A DNA stretch of 64,000 bases from Candidatus Spiroplasma holothuricola (GCA_002135175.2 CP022929.1:21231-85230), one strand, 5' to 3'. Positions 1 to 11,276 are shown, numbered from the stretch's first letter. The notes: generated by a model from the sequence alone, not told the origin. Numbers and translations are program-made.

Positions 1-545
1 AATCAAACAAAAAAAATGCAGATTCATTTCTGGCATTTAAATGATTAAAAAATTATTCATCGAATGTTACTAAACTTTGAATGTTAAATCAAAAACCAAA
101 ATTAGATCTTGAGCTTAATTTTGACCAATTAAAATTTGCCACCAATTTGATTAATAAATTTTCTCAAATTTTTGCTCAAACACAAACTTATGTTTTCTTG
201 AATCTTAAAAAATTGCCTTCAATAACAAAAGTAAATAAAAACGACTTAATTGAATTCACGAATTATTTAGCTGATAATTTCAATACTCCTGTTGCTCTAA
301 ATTGAATAGTTGAAAAACTCAAAAAACTTAATAATTTACTTTCTTCTAAAAAATTCATTGAAGCATTTACCTGAATGCAAAAATTGAAAACTGCTTTACA
401 CATTTTAGGAATTGAGATTGATATTCCTCATTTATCGACTGAAAATTGCCAATTAATTTTGGAATGAGACAAAGAATTAAAACAAAAAAACTTTAAGCAG
501 TCCGACAAAATTCGTTCCTTATTAACTAAAAAAAAATTTTTATAA
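1..545 (+). CDS. cysS: cysteinyl-tRNA synthetase, C-terminal part (5' end lies outside the window)
   Basis: The frame is open from the window edge (phase of position 3), reading TGA as Trp, and ends at TAA 543-545. The C-terminal CysRS-like sequence includes ...ADNFNTPVALNW... and ...KQKNFKQSDKIRSLL. It occupies the conserved Firmicute position upstream of rlmB-sigH-secE-nusG. Confidence 0.7.
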
Positions 546-591
546 AAATAAATTTTATATTTCTTTAACCCTCATCGTAAAATCTAAATTA

Positions 592-1323
592 ATGAAAAAT
601 TGAGTATTTGGAAAGCATGTAATTGAGGCAGTGATTAAATTTCAACCCGGAAGCATCAAAAAAATTTATCTATCTTCCAACAATTCACTTAGAGATCATC
701 CAGAAATAAAAAATTTTATAATTGAAACTTGAGAACATACAAAATTTGAACGTTGATTGCCAAAATTACCTCACCAAAATGCAATTTTAGAACTAGATTT
801 TTGACCATCATATGACATCAACCGATTATGACGAAATGCAATTAAACCCGGTACAAATAAATTAATTTTAATTTTAGATAAGATTCAAAACACTCACAAT
901 TTTGGAGCACTCATTCGAACTGCTCATGCATGTGGTGTTCTCGCGATTATTGCTCCCCAAGATAACCAAGCTCGAATGAACGCCAAAGTAGCTCACGTTT
1001 CTGCCGGTACTTGTTTTTCGACCCCAGTTGTTTTTGTTAAAAATATAAGTCGTGCCATTGCTAAATTAATAACATTAAATTTTTGAATCGTGGCCGCTAC
1101 CCAAAATGCAGAAAATTCTTATTATGAAGGCGATTTTAAAGATCATAATGTTGCTGTTATAGTGGGCAATGAGGGTGAGGGTATTCGTCCCTTAATCATA
1201 AAAAAAGCTGATTTCGTTTACAAAATACCAATGATTGAAATTGAATCTTTGAATGTAGGCGTTGCTGCAGCACTCATGCTTTATGAAATACGTAATAAAC
1301 AAAATTTCTGAAAAAACAATTAG
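592..1323 (+). CDS. rlmB: SpoU/TrmH-family 23S rRNA 2'-O-methyltransferase (RlmB-like)
   Basis: ATG 592 to TAG 1321-1323, with several in-frame TGA codons. SpoU motifs are present: NFGALIRTAHACG, VIVGNEGEGIRP and IPMIEIESLNVGVAAALMLYE. Confidence 0.85.
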
Positions 1324-1873
1324 TGATATTGTTTGAATAGTTCAGACAAAACTTAATCATCAAGCTTATCTTTTTTTGTATAAAGAAATGAGTTCCTGGA
1401 TGAATGCCGTTGTTTGAAAAATTGCCAAAAAATTTCCAACAATTCCCGTGTCCAAAACTGAAATTCATGCTTATAAAGATGTTTCTTTTTTTATTAGTTT
1501 AATGAAATTTGATTTCAATCAAAATATCCCTTTTCCCCAATTTGCAATTCAACAATTGAAATGATTTTTATTCACTCAACTCAGAAAATTCATTACTAAA
1601 AATTATCAAATTTTGAACTACTCATCAAATTTAGATGAAGATAAAATTTTTGTTAAAAAACAATTTAGCACTTTATTAAAAGCAGAAACTGAGTACAACT
1701 TACAATATTATCAACAACTGCTTGATAAAAATGAACGACAAATTTTAAATCTCAAATTACAAAAATATCGAAGCAAAGAAATTGCCGAAATTCTCAAATT
1801 ATCTCCAAAAACAATCGATAATAATTGACAAAAAATTAAAAAAAAATTAAGACAAAATTTAAATTTTAAATAG
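1283..1873 (+). CDS. alternative RNA polymerase sigma factor, SigH/ECF-like (sigma-70 regions 2 and 4)
   Basis: The code-4 ORF ends at TAG 1871-1873. The C-terminal HTH (ERQILNLKLQKYRSKEIAEILKLSPKTIDNNWQKIKKKL) resembles sigma region 4.2. It sits exactly where sigH lies in Bacillus (rlmB-sigH-secE-nusG). The start is uncertain: ATG 1283 overlaps the rlmB 3' end by 41 nt, and ATG 1388 is an alternative. Confidence 0.55.
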
Positions 1874-1957
1874 CATTATTTTCTTTATAAATCATTTGCC
1901 TCCATTTAAAAAGTGTATAATTTTTTTAATAATAATTTAGTGATATTTTCCGTTTCC

Positions 1958-2209
1958 ATGAGTACATTAAACAAATTCAAAAGCAATCTTAACCCAAAAA
2001 AACTTTTACCAAAAATTTGATTTAGTTTGTCAACTTTTTTGCTTTCTTATAGCTACCAATATTCAAAAGTTAAATGACAAAAATTATCAAAAGCTACTAA
2101 ATTGGCAATTCAATTAACAGTTTTTTTTATCGTTTTGGGTTTGCTTTTTTATGGTTATGAAAAATTAAGTATTTGAGTTTTCACCAAATTGAGAATCATT
2201 CCTAGTTAA
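1958..2209 (+). CDS. secE: preprotein translocase subunit SecE
   Basis: An 83-aa code-4 ORF, absent from the track because of internal TGA codons. It has a basic segment (KVKWQKLSKATK) followed by a single TM helix (LAIQLTVFFIVLGLLFYGY) and lies immediately upstream of nusG. Confidence 0.75.
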
Positions 2210-2214
2210 TTAGT

Positions 2215-2805
2215 ATGGAACAAAAACAGGACCAACCAACAGATAGTCAAAACTCTTTTCGCCAAACTGGTTGAGTTTCTTTTCGATTTAAAATTGGCAA
2301 CGATCAAGATTTAATTAATTATTTTCAATCAGAAAATTCACCAATTCTAGGTTATCGTTTTTTTGAATATGAATATGTAAAAGACGAAGTAGTTAAAAAG
2401 AAAAAAATTTGACCAGGAAACGTTTTTGTTCAAATCAAATTAGAAACTGGGAAGTCACCATTTGACACGATTGATTTTATTCGTCATACTCCATATTTTT
2501 TAAGATTTCATAGTTACGTGAAAAATTGAAAAGCAGATCCAATGCTTTTTAGCAACCGTTACATTGAACGAATCGGTAAACAAATTGAAGAACGTTGAAA
2601 TAGAGAAACCAAAAAAATCGATCCAAAAGAAATTAATTTGAAATTAAATGATATTGTTTCGATTCTTGACGGTGTGTTTAGGGGTTATGAAGGAGAAGTT
2701 ATTGGCATTGATTATGAAACTGGAACGATTACTTTGAATGTTGAATTTTTCGGGAGAATAACTCCCGTTAAAGTGGCATTTAATGAATGCAAAAAAATTA
2801 GATAA
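2215..2805 (+). CDS. nusG: transcription termination/antitermination factor NusG
   Basis: A 196-aa code-4 ORF with a C-terminal KOW motif (DIVSILDGVFRGYEGEVIGIDYETGTITLNVEFFGRITPVKV). It keeps the secE-nusG-rplK synteny. Confidence 0.85.
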
Positions 2806-2816
2806 ATAAATAATTC

Positions 2817-3293
2817 GTGAAAAAAATTGTTCGAATCGCTAAATTACAATTTCCTGGAGGAGAGGCTCGACCTGGTCCCAATCTGGCTTCAATTGGAGTC
2901 AATATTAAAGATTTTTGTAATCAATTTAATCAAGGCACACAAGATCGTCAGGGTGAAATTGTTCCAGTTGTAGTTGAAGTTTATAATGACAAAACGTTTT
3001 CCATGACATTTAAAACAACTCCAACATCAATTTTGATCAAAAAATTTGCCAATGTAACGAAAGGTGCCAGTCATGTTCGCAAAGACGTTTGTGGAACACT
3101 TACTGAAGAACAAATTACAGAAATTGCCAAGATAAAGCTTCCGGATTTAAATACTCAAGATTTAGAAAATGCTAAAAAAATTGTCATAGGAACAATGAAA
3201 CAAATGGGTTGCAAAGTTCAAACAAAAGAAGAAGTAAAAGAAGAAGTAAAAGAAGAAGTAAAAGAAGAAAAAAAAGAAGAATCAAATAATTAA
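2817..3293 (+). CDS. rplK: 50S ribosomal protein L11, with a repetitive acidic/basic C-terminal tail
   Basis: GTG start. The L11 N-terminus reads KLQFPGGEARPGPNLASIGVN. About 17 extra C-terminal residues (EEVKEEVKEEVKEEKKEESNN) are present. Confidence 0.95.
   Translation: MKKIVRIAKLQFPGGEARPGPNLASIGVNIKDFCNQFNQGTQDRQGEIVPVVVEVYNDKTFSMTFKTTPTSILIKKFANVTKGASHVRKDVCGTLTEEQITEIAKIKLPDLNTQDLENAKKIVIGTMKQMGCKVQTKEEVKEEVKEEVKEEKKEESNN
3228..3281 (+). repeat. 12-nt in-frame tandem repeat (gaagaagtaaaa x3, plus a degenerate fourth and fifth copy) encoding (EEVK)n at the rplK 3' end
   Basis: Three perfect copies were read directly at 3228-3263. Decayed copies continue to 3281. Confidence 0.9.
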
Positions 3294-3982
3294 TGAACAA
3301 AAGAAGCAAAAAATACAATCAATGGAAAGAACAACATTGTAATGAACAAAATTACAATTTAGAAAATGCACTTGATATTTTGCAAAAAAATAAATTAGAA
3401 AAATTTGATAGTATATTAAATTTAAATTTTTTTTTAAATATTAATCCCAAAAAATCCGAACACAATTTAAAAGGTTTTTATACTTTGCCCCATCCTCCTA
3501 AATTTAGAGAAAAAATAACCGTTTTTACTGATAAAGCAAATAAAGAGGATTTAATAAAAGCAGGAGTTTCAATTGTTGGAGGAAAAGATTTGATTGCTGA
3601 CATTGCTTCATCAAAAAAAATTGATTTTTCTGTTGCTTTAGCAACACCTGAAATTTTGTTATCTTTAAAAAAAATTGCTCCAATATTAGGACCTAAAAAA
3701 TTGATGCCTTCTGCTAAAAATAATACTGTTGCTCTTGATTTGTTTCCGATCATTAAAGAATTTATAAAAGGAAAAAAAAGTTTTTTTAGTGATGGAAGTC
3801 ACAATGTTCATTTTGTTTTAGGAAAATTATCGGAACCAAAACAAAATTTAATTGAAAACTTTAATTATTTACAAAATTTAATCAACAAGATCAAACCCGA
3901 AAACGTTAAAGGTAAATATTTAAAAGCAATTCACTTGTCAGGAACAATGTCACCTAGTTTCAAGTTAATTATTGAAAAATAA
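3293..3982 (+). CDS. rplA: 50S ribosomal protein L1
   Basis: A 229-aa ORF whose start overlaps the rplK stop (TAATG). It has L1-like sequence (...KLMPSAKNNTV..., GKYLKAIHLSGTMSPS) and lies downstream of rplK. Confidence 0.9.
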   Translation: MNKRSKKYNQWKEQHCNEQNYNLENALDILQKNKLEKFDSILNLNFFLNINPKKSEHNLKGFYTLPHPPKFREKITVFTDKANKEDLIKAGVSIVGGKDLIADIASSKKIDFSVALATPEILLSLKKIAPILGPKKLMPSAKNNTVALDLFPIIKEFIKGKKSFFSDGSHNVHFVLGKLSEPKQNLIENFNYLQNLINKIKPENVKGKYLKAIHLSGTMSPSFKLIIEK

Positions 3983-4003
3983 TTAATTTGAAATTACGAA
4001 TAA

Positions 4004-5506
4004 ATGATTAAAAAAACTTTTTTAGTTACGGCTCCACTTTATTACGTTAACAGCAGTCCCCATTTGGGACATCTTTATTCTTCTTTGTTTGCTGATTTTT
4101 TGGCACGATACAAAAAAATGCAAGGTTACCAAGTTTTTTTTGTTATGGGTGCCGATCAGAATGGACAAAAAATTTTAAATGCCAGTCAAGATGCCAACAT
4201 CGGGGTCAAGAAATTTGTAGATAAAAACACAACAAAATTCAAGGAACTATGAAAATTAGCTAATATTGGCTACACTCATTTTGTTGAAACAAGCAGTTTC
4301 AATCATGCTCATTTTGTTCAATTGATGTTTCAAAAATTAAAAGATGATCAACAATTAGATTACAAAAATTATGTAGGTCTTTATTGTGTTCATTGTGAAA
4401 ATTTCCATCCACAAACCAGTAATACAAAATGTCCATTATGTAAACGAGAAATGAAAAAATTTTTAGAAGAAAATTATTTTTTAAAATTTAATCTTAATGC
4501 CCAAAAACAAATCCAAAAATTAATTCTTCAATGACAAAAAAAAGAAAAAACTTTTACTAATCAATTAAAAGATTTTTTTGCTCAACGAAGTTCTAAAGAT
4601 TTTTCGATTACTCGCAAAAATTCACCCTGAGGAATCATGGTTGATTATGATCAGAATCAATTTGCCTATGTTTGATTTGATGCTTTGTTAGGATACATTT
4701 CTGTTCTTAATCCCCAAGAACAAACATTGATTTGAAAAAATTCAAAAACCGAAATTATTCAAATAATTGGTAAAGAGATCATGAAATTTCATTTAATTTA
4801 TTGACCAACTATGTTGATGCGATTGGATTATCGATTACCTAATGATTTTCTGGTTCATGGTTGAATTTTAAAAAATCAAACAAAAATGTCAAAAACAACC
4901 GGAAATACTATTAGTCCTGTCAAAATCATCAACAAATTTGATGCCGATGTTGTACGTTTATATTTGTGTTCGATCATGAATTCAGACAGTGACGTTACTT
5001 TCAACACCAGAGATTTTTACAAATTTTACGAATCATTTGTTGTTGATAATTTAAGCAACTTTCACTTTCGAATCATTACCATGTGCAAAAAATATTTACC
5101 TGATATTCAAAAACAAAAGATTGAAGACTCTCAATCATTAACCAATTTTATGGATGAGTTCATTGAAGAATATCATCAATTTTGAGTAACCAAATCATTT
5201 ACTAAAATTTTCAAACAAATTGACACACTTTTAAACAACGGAAATCAAATGATTAATCATGAAGAACCTTGAAAAATGCATAAACAAAAAAAATACAATG
5301 AACTTACGATGACAATGTTGAAATTGCTCAACATTTTAAAAATTGTTGCCGACCTTCTTAACCCGATTGCTCCTTCAATCAGTAAGCGAATTTATGCTTC
5401 TTTAAATTGTCGCATTATTCATTCAAATTTCTACAAAACTAATGTGAAATTGCAACAATTATCAGATTTAGAAAAAATAACTTATCTTTATGAAAAAGAA
5501 AAATAG
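4004..5506 (+). CDS. metG: methionyl-tRNA synthetase
   Basis: Four track fragments (4004, 4322, 4886, 5276) share one frame. I read the gaps and found only TGA codons. The class I motifs HLGH (SPHLGHLY) and KMSKT are present. Confidence 0.95.
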
Positions 5507-6134
5507 AATATTTTTGACGAACATCAAACACAACGACACAGCCTGTCTTATTCTTTTTGAACAAAATGAAATTAAAAAACGAATCACACAAACATCAATC
5601 AGCATCAACGAAACATTTCAAAATAAAAATAACATTGTTTTAGTTGGAGTCATGAAAGGAGGGCAAAGATTTATGTTTGAACTCATGTCTCATTTAAAAT
5701 TTGATTTTGAAATTGATTTTTTAGGAATCAGTAGTTATATGGGTAACATCAAACCAAAATATGAAAAACCACAACTTAATCTTGAAACATCGATTAATTT
5801 AAAAAATAAAAATGTAATCCTTGTTGATGATATTGTCGAATCTGGTCGAACAATCAACGTGGCAATAGAATATTTAAAAAAACAAAAATGTGCATCTATT
5901 CAAACCGTAGTTTTTGCCAAAAAAGATAATAAACATTATCAATGGAAAAAATCAGTAGAATTTTTTACTTTCAAAGTTGAAAACAAATTTTTAATTGGAT
6001 ATGGTTTTGATTTAAATGATAAATATCGTGATCTTGATTTTGTTTGTTATATTGAATTTGATTCTCTTTGTATGAGGTTTCTGAGCATGTTTTCTGCACT
6101 CAAAAAAAATGTATGTAATTTTTTTTCTTTTTAA
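5490..6134 (+). CDS. hpt: hypoxanthine-guanine phosphoribosyltransferase
   Basis: The PRPP-binding motif VILVDDIVESGRT is present, along with GYGFDLNDKYRDL. The start overlaps the metG 3' end by 17 nt. Confidence 0.85.
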   Translation: MKKKNRIFLTNIKHNDTACLILFEQNEIKKRITQTSISINETFQNKNNIVLVGVMKGGQRFMFELMSHLKFDFEIDFLGISSYMGNIKPKYEKPQLNLETSINLKNKNVILVDDIVESGRTINVAIEYLKKQKCASIQTVVFAKKDNKHYQWKKSVEFFTFKVENKFLIGYGFDLNDKYRDLDFVCYIEFDSLCMRFLSMFSALKKNVCNFFSF

Positions 6135-6161
6135 AATAATTGATAATATAAACTGATAATA

Positions 6162-7895
6162 ATGATTGTTTTTAACAAAATATCCAAAAAAATATTTTTT
6201 ACAGACACTGCTACAATCCAACCAAAATTAATTGTTATTGATTCTGAAACCGAAAATCATTGAAAAAGTAACAATCTTTTTATTGGTTGTTTGATTGCTG
6301 AAAGTTTTTTTCCTCATTCCAAAATTTTTAATTTAAAAATTAACGTAAATTCGATTGATCTTGATTTTCCTGCTACTGAAAATCTAAATTTTGCTGAACT
6401 CAAAAAAAAGTTTGATTTCAATAAAATACAAAACTTTTCAATCAATTGAAAGAATTTTAGTAAACGAAAAATCGTTCTTTTTTTTCGAGATCAAGAGGTG
6501 AACATTGATTATGATTCAATTGATTTGACTGGATTCAAAATTGATCCGAATATTTTTCAACAAATTTCTTTTCAAAATTATTCAACTTACACTAAAAATC
6601 AAACTGAAAAAATACAGAGATTAAGAGTTCAAATCAACAACGAATTAAAGTTATCTAAATCAAATCATCGTGAATTGAATAAAAAGTTGCAATTATTCAA
6701 GTTCGACCCACGGGGTGGAGGTGGATTGCCCTTCTGATTACCACATGGTGAACTCATTAAAAATGAAATTAAAAAAGTGATTCGACAATTGGAAGAAAAA
6801 AATGATTTTATTTTCGTGACAACTCCAGTATTTGCACCCAAACAGTTGTATGAATTAAGTGGTCATCTCACTCACTACAAAAAATATATGTTTCCTTCTT
6901 TAAAAATGGAAAACGAAGAGTTGATGTTGCGGCCGATGACTTGCCCCCAACATTGTTTGATTTTTAATTCAGAAAATCGTTCATATCATGACCTGCCCAT
7001 GCGTATGTCAGAAAATTCATTGCTTTTTCGATTTGAATCCAGCGGCAGTTTGACAGGATTGCAACGAACTCGCCAAATGGAATTAAAAGATGCTCACATT
7101 TTTGTTCAAAGTGAATCAGAAAAAATAAAAAATGAAGTAAAAAATTGTTTTTTAATGACACAAAAAATGTTGAGTATGTTAGAAATCAAAATTTCTAGGA
7201 TTGATCTTTCAATTTGAGATGAAAACATGCTTGATAAGTACTACAATGATCCAAAATTATGAAAAGAAACACAAATAATTCTCAATGAATCTTTGACAGA
7301 AATGAAAGTAGATTTTCAAATAATCAAAGGAGAAGCAGCTTTTTATGGTCCTAAAATTGATTTCCAAATTTTTGATTCATCTGATCATCTAATTACAGTT
7401 TCAACAATTCAACTCGATTTCTTGTTATCTCAAAAATTTAATCTCAAATATCGAACTGACAAGCAAAAAAAATCACTAGATTGAGCCCAACCAATTATTA
7501 TCCATCACGGAATCATTGGTACTTATGAACGTATCTTGTCTGTTTTGTTAGAAAAAAATGATGGTTGATTACCCTTTTGGCTTTCACCACAACAAATCAC
7601 TTTAATAGTTTTCAATAAAAACAAAGAAGTTTTAGAATATAGTCAAAAAGTTTGTCAACTCATTCGTTCATTTGATTTGCGAATTCAAATTGCAAATCTC
7701 GAAAATGATTCTCGAAACAATATAAAAGAAGCTTGAGCAGCAAAGATTCCTCTCCAAATTTTTATTGGACCAAAAGAAATGAAAGAAAAAAAAATAACAT
7801 TTGTTTTTCATCAAAATCATCAAGAAAAAAAAACTGTTTCCGTTTACCAATTTTTGGATTTTTGTCAAAAAAAAAAAGAATTTATTCATAAATAA
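6162..7895 (+). CDS. thrS: threonyl-tRNA synthetase
   Basis: ATG 6162 to TAA 7893-7895 in one frame, with the gaps read through as TGA only. Class II motifs are present: MLRPMTCPQH, FRFESSGSLTGLQRTRQMELKDAHIF and GEAAFYGPKIDF. Confidence 0.92.
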
Positions 7896-7990
7896 ATCAT
7901 TTTTTCTTTTCATGAAATTACAATTTCTCTTTTTTTTCTCAATTTTTAATTCGGAAAATCTATAATTTTTTATATTAATTAAGTTCTCAA

Positions 7991-8620
7991 TTGAAAAAGA
8001 TTAAATTTACCAGAAAATTAAAACCACGAGTTTTATTGAATAATTCAATTCCATTTCTTCAATTTACTGTTATTGATGAAAATGATAAAAATTTGGGCAT
8101 CATGACTAAAGAAGCAGCTTTGCAGTTAGCTGATTCTAAGGAAATGGATTTATTGTGTGTCAACAAAAAACCCACCAACCCTTTGTGTAAAATTTTGGAT
8201 TATGGAAAATTTCAATTTTTGCAAAGCAAAAAATCAAAAAAAAGTAAAAAAAACACAAACACCAGCAACAAAGAAATGAGAATCACTGCCCGAATTGGAA
8301 AGCATGATTTAGCAATTAAATTAAAAAAAATTCGTGAATTTTTAGAGAATGGTAAAAAAGTAAAAATTTCTATGCGTTTACGTGGTCGGGAGGCATATGT
8401 TAAAGATTATGGAAAAGGAACTCTTGATTTAATTATTGAGGAATTAAAAGAGATTTCGGAAATAACTTTTCCTCCTAAATTGTTTAATCGGACTTATAAT
8501 ATGACAATAGCACCGTTTAGTTCTAAAAGTTCTAAAAAAAATGAAAAAAACCAAAACGAAAAGAATCAAAATGAAAACAAAAAAATCAGTGTTGAAAAGA
8601 TTGAAGAAAACAGCAAATAA
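7991..8620 (+). CDS. infC: translation initiation factor IF-3, with a K/N/E-rich C-terminal tail
   Basis: IF-3 core sequences FTVIDENDKNLGIMTKEAALQLADSKEMDLLCV and KEMRITARIGKHDLAIKLKKIREFLENGKKVKISMRLRGRE are present. The start codon is uncertain; the track uses TTG 7991. It keeps the infC-rpmI-rplT order. Confidence 0.9.
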   Translation: MKKIKFTRKLKPRVLLNNSIPFLQFTVIDENDKNLGIMTKEAALQLADSKEMDLLCVNKKPTNPLCKILDYGKFQFLQSKKSKKSKKNTNTSNKEMRITARIGKHDLAIKLKKIREFLENGKKVKISMRLRGREAYVKDYGKGTLDLIIEELKEISEITFPPKLFNRTYNMTIAPFSSKSSKKNEKNQNEKNQNENKKISVEKIEENSK

Positions 8621-8756
8621 TAAATGAGTTCACCGTCAAGCAAATACTTCCCATTTAGCAGCCAGTAAATCAAAAAAACAAAAACAAAGACTGGATCGAC
8701 CAAAACTTACAAAAAAATCAGAGCAAGCACGGCTCATGAAATTGATTAATAATTAA
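8571..8756 (+). CDS. rpmI: 50S ribosomal protein L35
   Basis: A 61-aa code-4 ORF (MKTKKSVLKRLKKTANNKWVHRQANTSHLAASKSKKQKQRL...), missed by the track because of an internal TGA. It lies between infC and rplT and overlaps the infC tail by 50 nt. Confidence 0.85.
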
Positions 8757-8765
8757 TAAAAAATC

Positions 8766-9113
8766 ATGGCAAGAGTAAAGCGAGGGACTACAACACATGC
8801 TCGACATAAAAAATTATTAAAATCAGCCAAAGGTTATGTCGGTTCAAAAAGCAAACTTTATCGTGTTGCTAATGAGCAAAGACTCCATTCGCTATCATAT
8901 GCATATCGCGATCGTAGAACAAAAAAAAGAGATTTCCGTCGGTTATGAATTATCCGACTCAATGCTGCTGCTCGTCAAAACGGAATCAATTATTCTCAAC
9001 TTATTAAACAATTAAATTCCAGCTCAATTCGAATAAATCGGAAAATTTTGGCATTGGTTGCTTGACATTATCCTGAAACCTTTACGTCAATTGTTCAAAA
9101 GGTAAACAAATAA
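8766..9113 (+). CDS. rplT: 50S ribosomal protein L20
   Basis: The sequence [24 protein letters not shown]...[17 protein letters not shown] continues through TGA codons to TAA 9111-9113. Confidence 0.95.
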
Positions 9114-9137
9114 TTTTTTTCTAACATTTAAATCATT

Positions 9138-10256
9138 ATGCTTGAAGAAGTTGTTCTTATTATTGTTGCAATTGCTGTTCCTTTATTCTTAGTTTTTCTA
9201 TTTTTTCTCATTCGATTTTTAAATCAGTCAACAAAAAATCGAAAAAATATTGATAGTGAAATGAATAAAACCTTGCATGAGAATGTGCGTTTTTTAAGAG
9301 ACGAAATCATGAAAATGAAAGAAAATTCAGGAGTTGCTGGTCGAGATTTATCACATATTAAAGAATCAATTACGAAAGTATCTGTTGGACAAAACACTAG
9401 TCGTGAAACAATCAATAACTTACTTCAAAACGTTCATTCACTTCAAGTTGAATTAGGAAAAACAACCATAGAAAACAAAACTTTAAACGAAAATGTGAAT
9501 GCCATCACACAAATTTTCACAAGTAATTATCAACGTGGAGATGCTGGAGAACAAAGCCTTTATTTTATTATTGACAACATGTTTGGACAAGATAATGACA
9601 TTGTTCATAAACAATACCAAATGAAAAACGGTAAATGCCCGGATTTATTTTTAAAATCTTCTGATTTAGGAATTCCGATTGATAGCAAATTTCCTTATGA
9701 TAATTTTCTTGTCTTGCTCAATTCTAAAGAGAACGATGCAGAACACATAAAAAATTTAAAAGCTTTGAAAAAAAATTTGGCTGAACACATCAAAGATGTT
9801 GCCACCAAATATATTTCTCGTGAAGATAATACAGAACAAGTGTTTTTGTATATTCCATCCCAAACACTTTTTGATTTCATTAATTTCAATAAAAAGATGG
9901 AAGATGTCAAAAAACAAGCAATCAGACAAAAAGTGATCTTGACTGCACCCAATAATTTTCCGGCCATTTTGCGTTTAGTTTTACTCCACATCAGAAATAC
10001 AAAAATGCAAAAACATGCCGTGACAATCGTTGACAATATCAAAAAAATGGATGTTGATTTTAAACGATTTGAAGTTCGATGAAATAAATTTGAAAATCGA
10101 ATTAATGGGCTCGTGAATGATACTCATGATTTTGGAATCACAACCAAAAAATTAAAAACACATTTCGAGTGAGCGATTAGTGCCGAAAACAAAATTAAAA
10201 TCGAAAAGAATTCATCAAAAGATTCTGAGTCTAAGTTAGTGTCTCAAGATGAATAA
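9138..10256 (+). CDS. rmuC: DNA recombination protein RmuC
   Basis: An N-terminal TM helix is followed by a coiled coil and an RmuC nuclease-like core (CPDLFLKSSDLGIPIDSKFPYDNF). It extends through TGA 10080-10082 to TAA 10254-10256. Confidence 0.8.
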
Positions 10257-11274
10257 TTGATCAAAATTCATTGGTGAACAAAATAAAAAATTGCAATCAG
10301 CTTTTGATAATTGTGTGACCATCCATGAATTATTTGTTGCCAAAAACTCATTGATTGGAAAAAAATCAAAATTAAACCAGTTATTTGCCAATTTTTCCTC
10401 AAAAGAAAAAAAAACCACCAATCAAGATTGAACTCTTTTTAAAAAAGAAGTTATTGCCAAATTCAACCAAGCAGGCACCAGAATTAACAAAAACGTAGAA
10501 AACAAATTGTTATTTGTTAATAAATTGGATGCAAAAATTAAAAATGAAAATTGAACAAATATTGTTGGAGTAAATCCTCAAATTAAATTAATAGGTTCCC
10601 CTCACCCTTTGGCTTTACTCACTAAAAAAGTTCATCAATTTTTTCAGAAATTCCAATTTATTTATGAACTTGCACCTCAAATCGAGACGGTAAAAAATAA
10701 TTTTGATTTATTGAATGTTGACAAAAATCATCCTTCAAGATTAGCGAGTGATACTTTTTATTTAAATGATGAGACAATTTTAAGAACCCATGCCACTAAT
10801 TTCACTGCTCGCCAATTATTAAAATTCGCCGAAAAAAAAGAAAAAAATTTTTCTTATCATATTGGTAATGTTTTTCGAAACGACACCGATGATGCTACTC
10901 ATAATCAACAGTTTTTACAATTGGATTGTTGCATGATTGGTGAAAACCTTAACTTGTCACATCTCAAATGATTTCTTCGAGAACTTCTCATTTTTTTATT
11001 TGATTCCAAACTAAAAATTCGTTTCCGACTTAATGATTTCCCATTTACCAAACCTTCTATTGAATTGGATATTTGATCACAAACAAAAAGTGAATGATTA
11101 GAGGTTTTAGGTGCCGGTGTGATTCGTTCCACGGTTCTCAAGGCTTGCAAGATTAATGATCCCAAAATCACTGTTCTTGCTTTTGGTGTTGGACTCGACC
11201 GATTAGCAATGATTCTTTATCGAATCGATGATATTCGCTGAATCTACCAAAATAAACTCATTGTTGCAAATTAA
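10249..11274 (+). CDS. pheS: phenylalanyl-tRNA synthetase alpha subunit
   Basis: ATG 10249 overlaps the rmuC end by 8 nt. Motifs HPSRLASDTFYL, ILRTHATN and GAGVIRSTVL...AFGVGLDRLAMILYRIDDIR are present. Stop is TAA 11272-11274. Confidence 0.92.
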
Positions 11275-11276
11275 TT

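Noticed and set aside
3478-3753. Antisense ORFs listed in the track. Examples are 3478-3753(-), 9224-9415(-), 9695-10042(-), 10905-11171(-), 15343-15645(-), 16290-16517(-), 26800-27102(-), 29270-29497(+), 45497-45802(+), 53534-53728(+), 53954-54157(+), 57804-58004(+) and 61682-61864(+).
   Set aside because: They lie entirely inside well-supported conserved genes on the opposite strand. They have odd composition and no RBS. These are shadow ORFs typical of AT-rich DNA.
4004-5506. Many housekeeping genes (metG, thrS, pheT, ileS, der, rnj, lysS, rpoB/C and others) appear as strings of short ORFs, which suggests pseudogenes or frameshifts.
   Set aside because: All fragments of each gene share one reading frame, and the interruptions I read are exclusively TGA at positions that fit Trp. 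These are intact genes under code 4.
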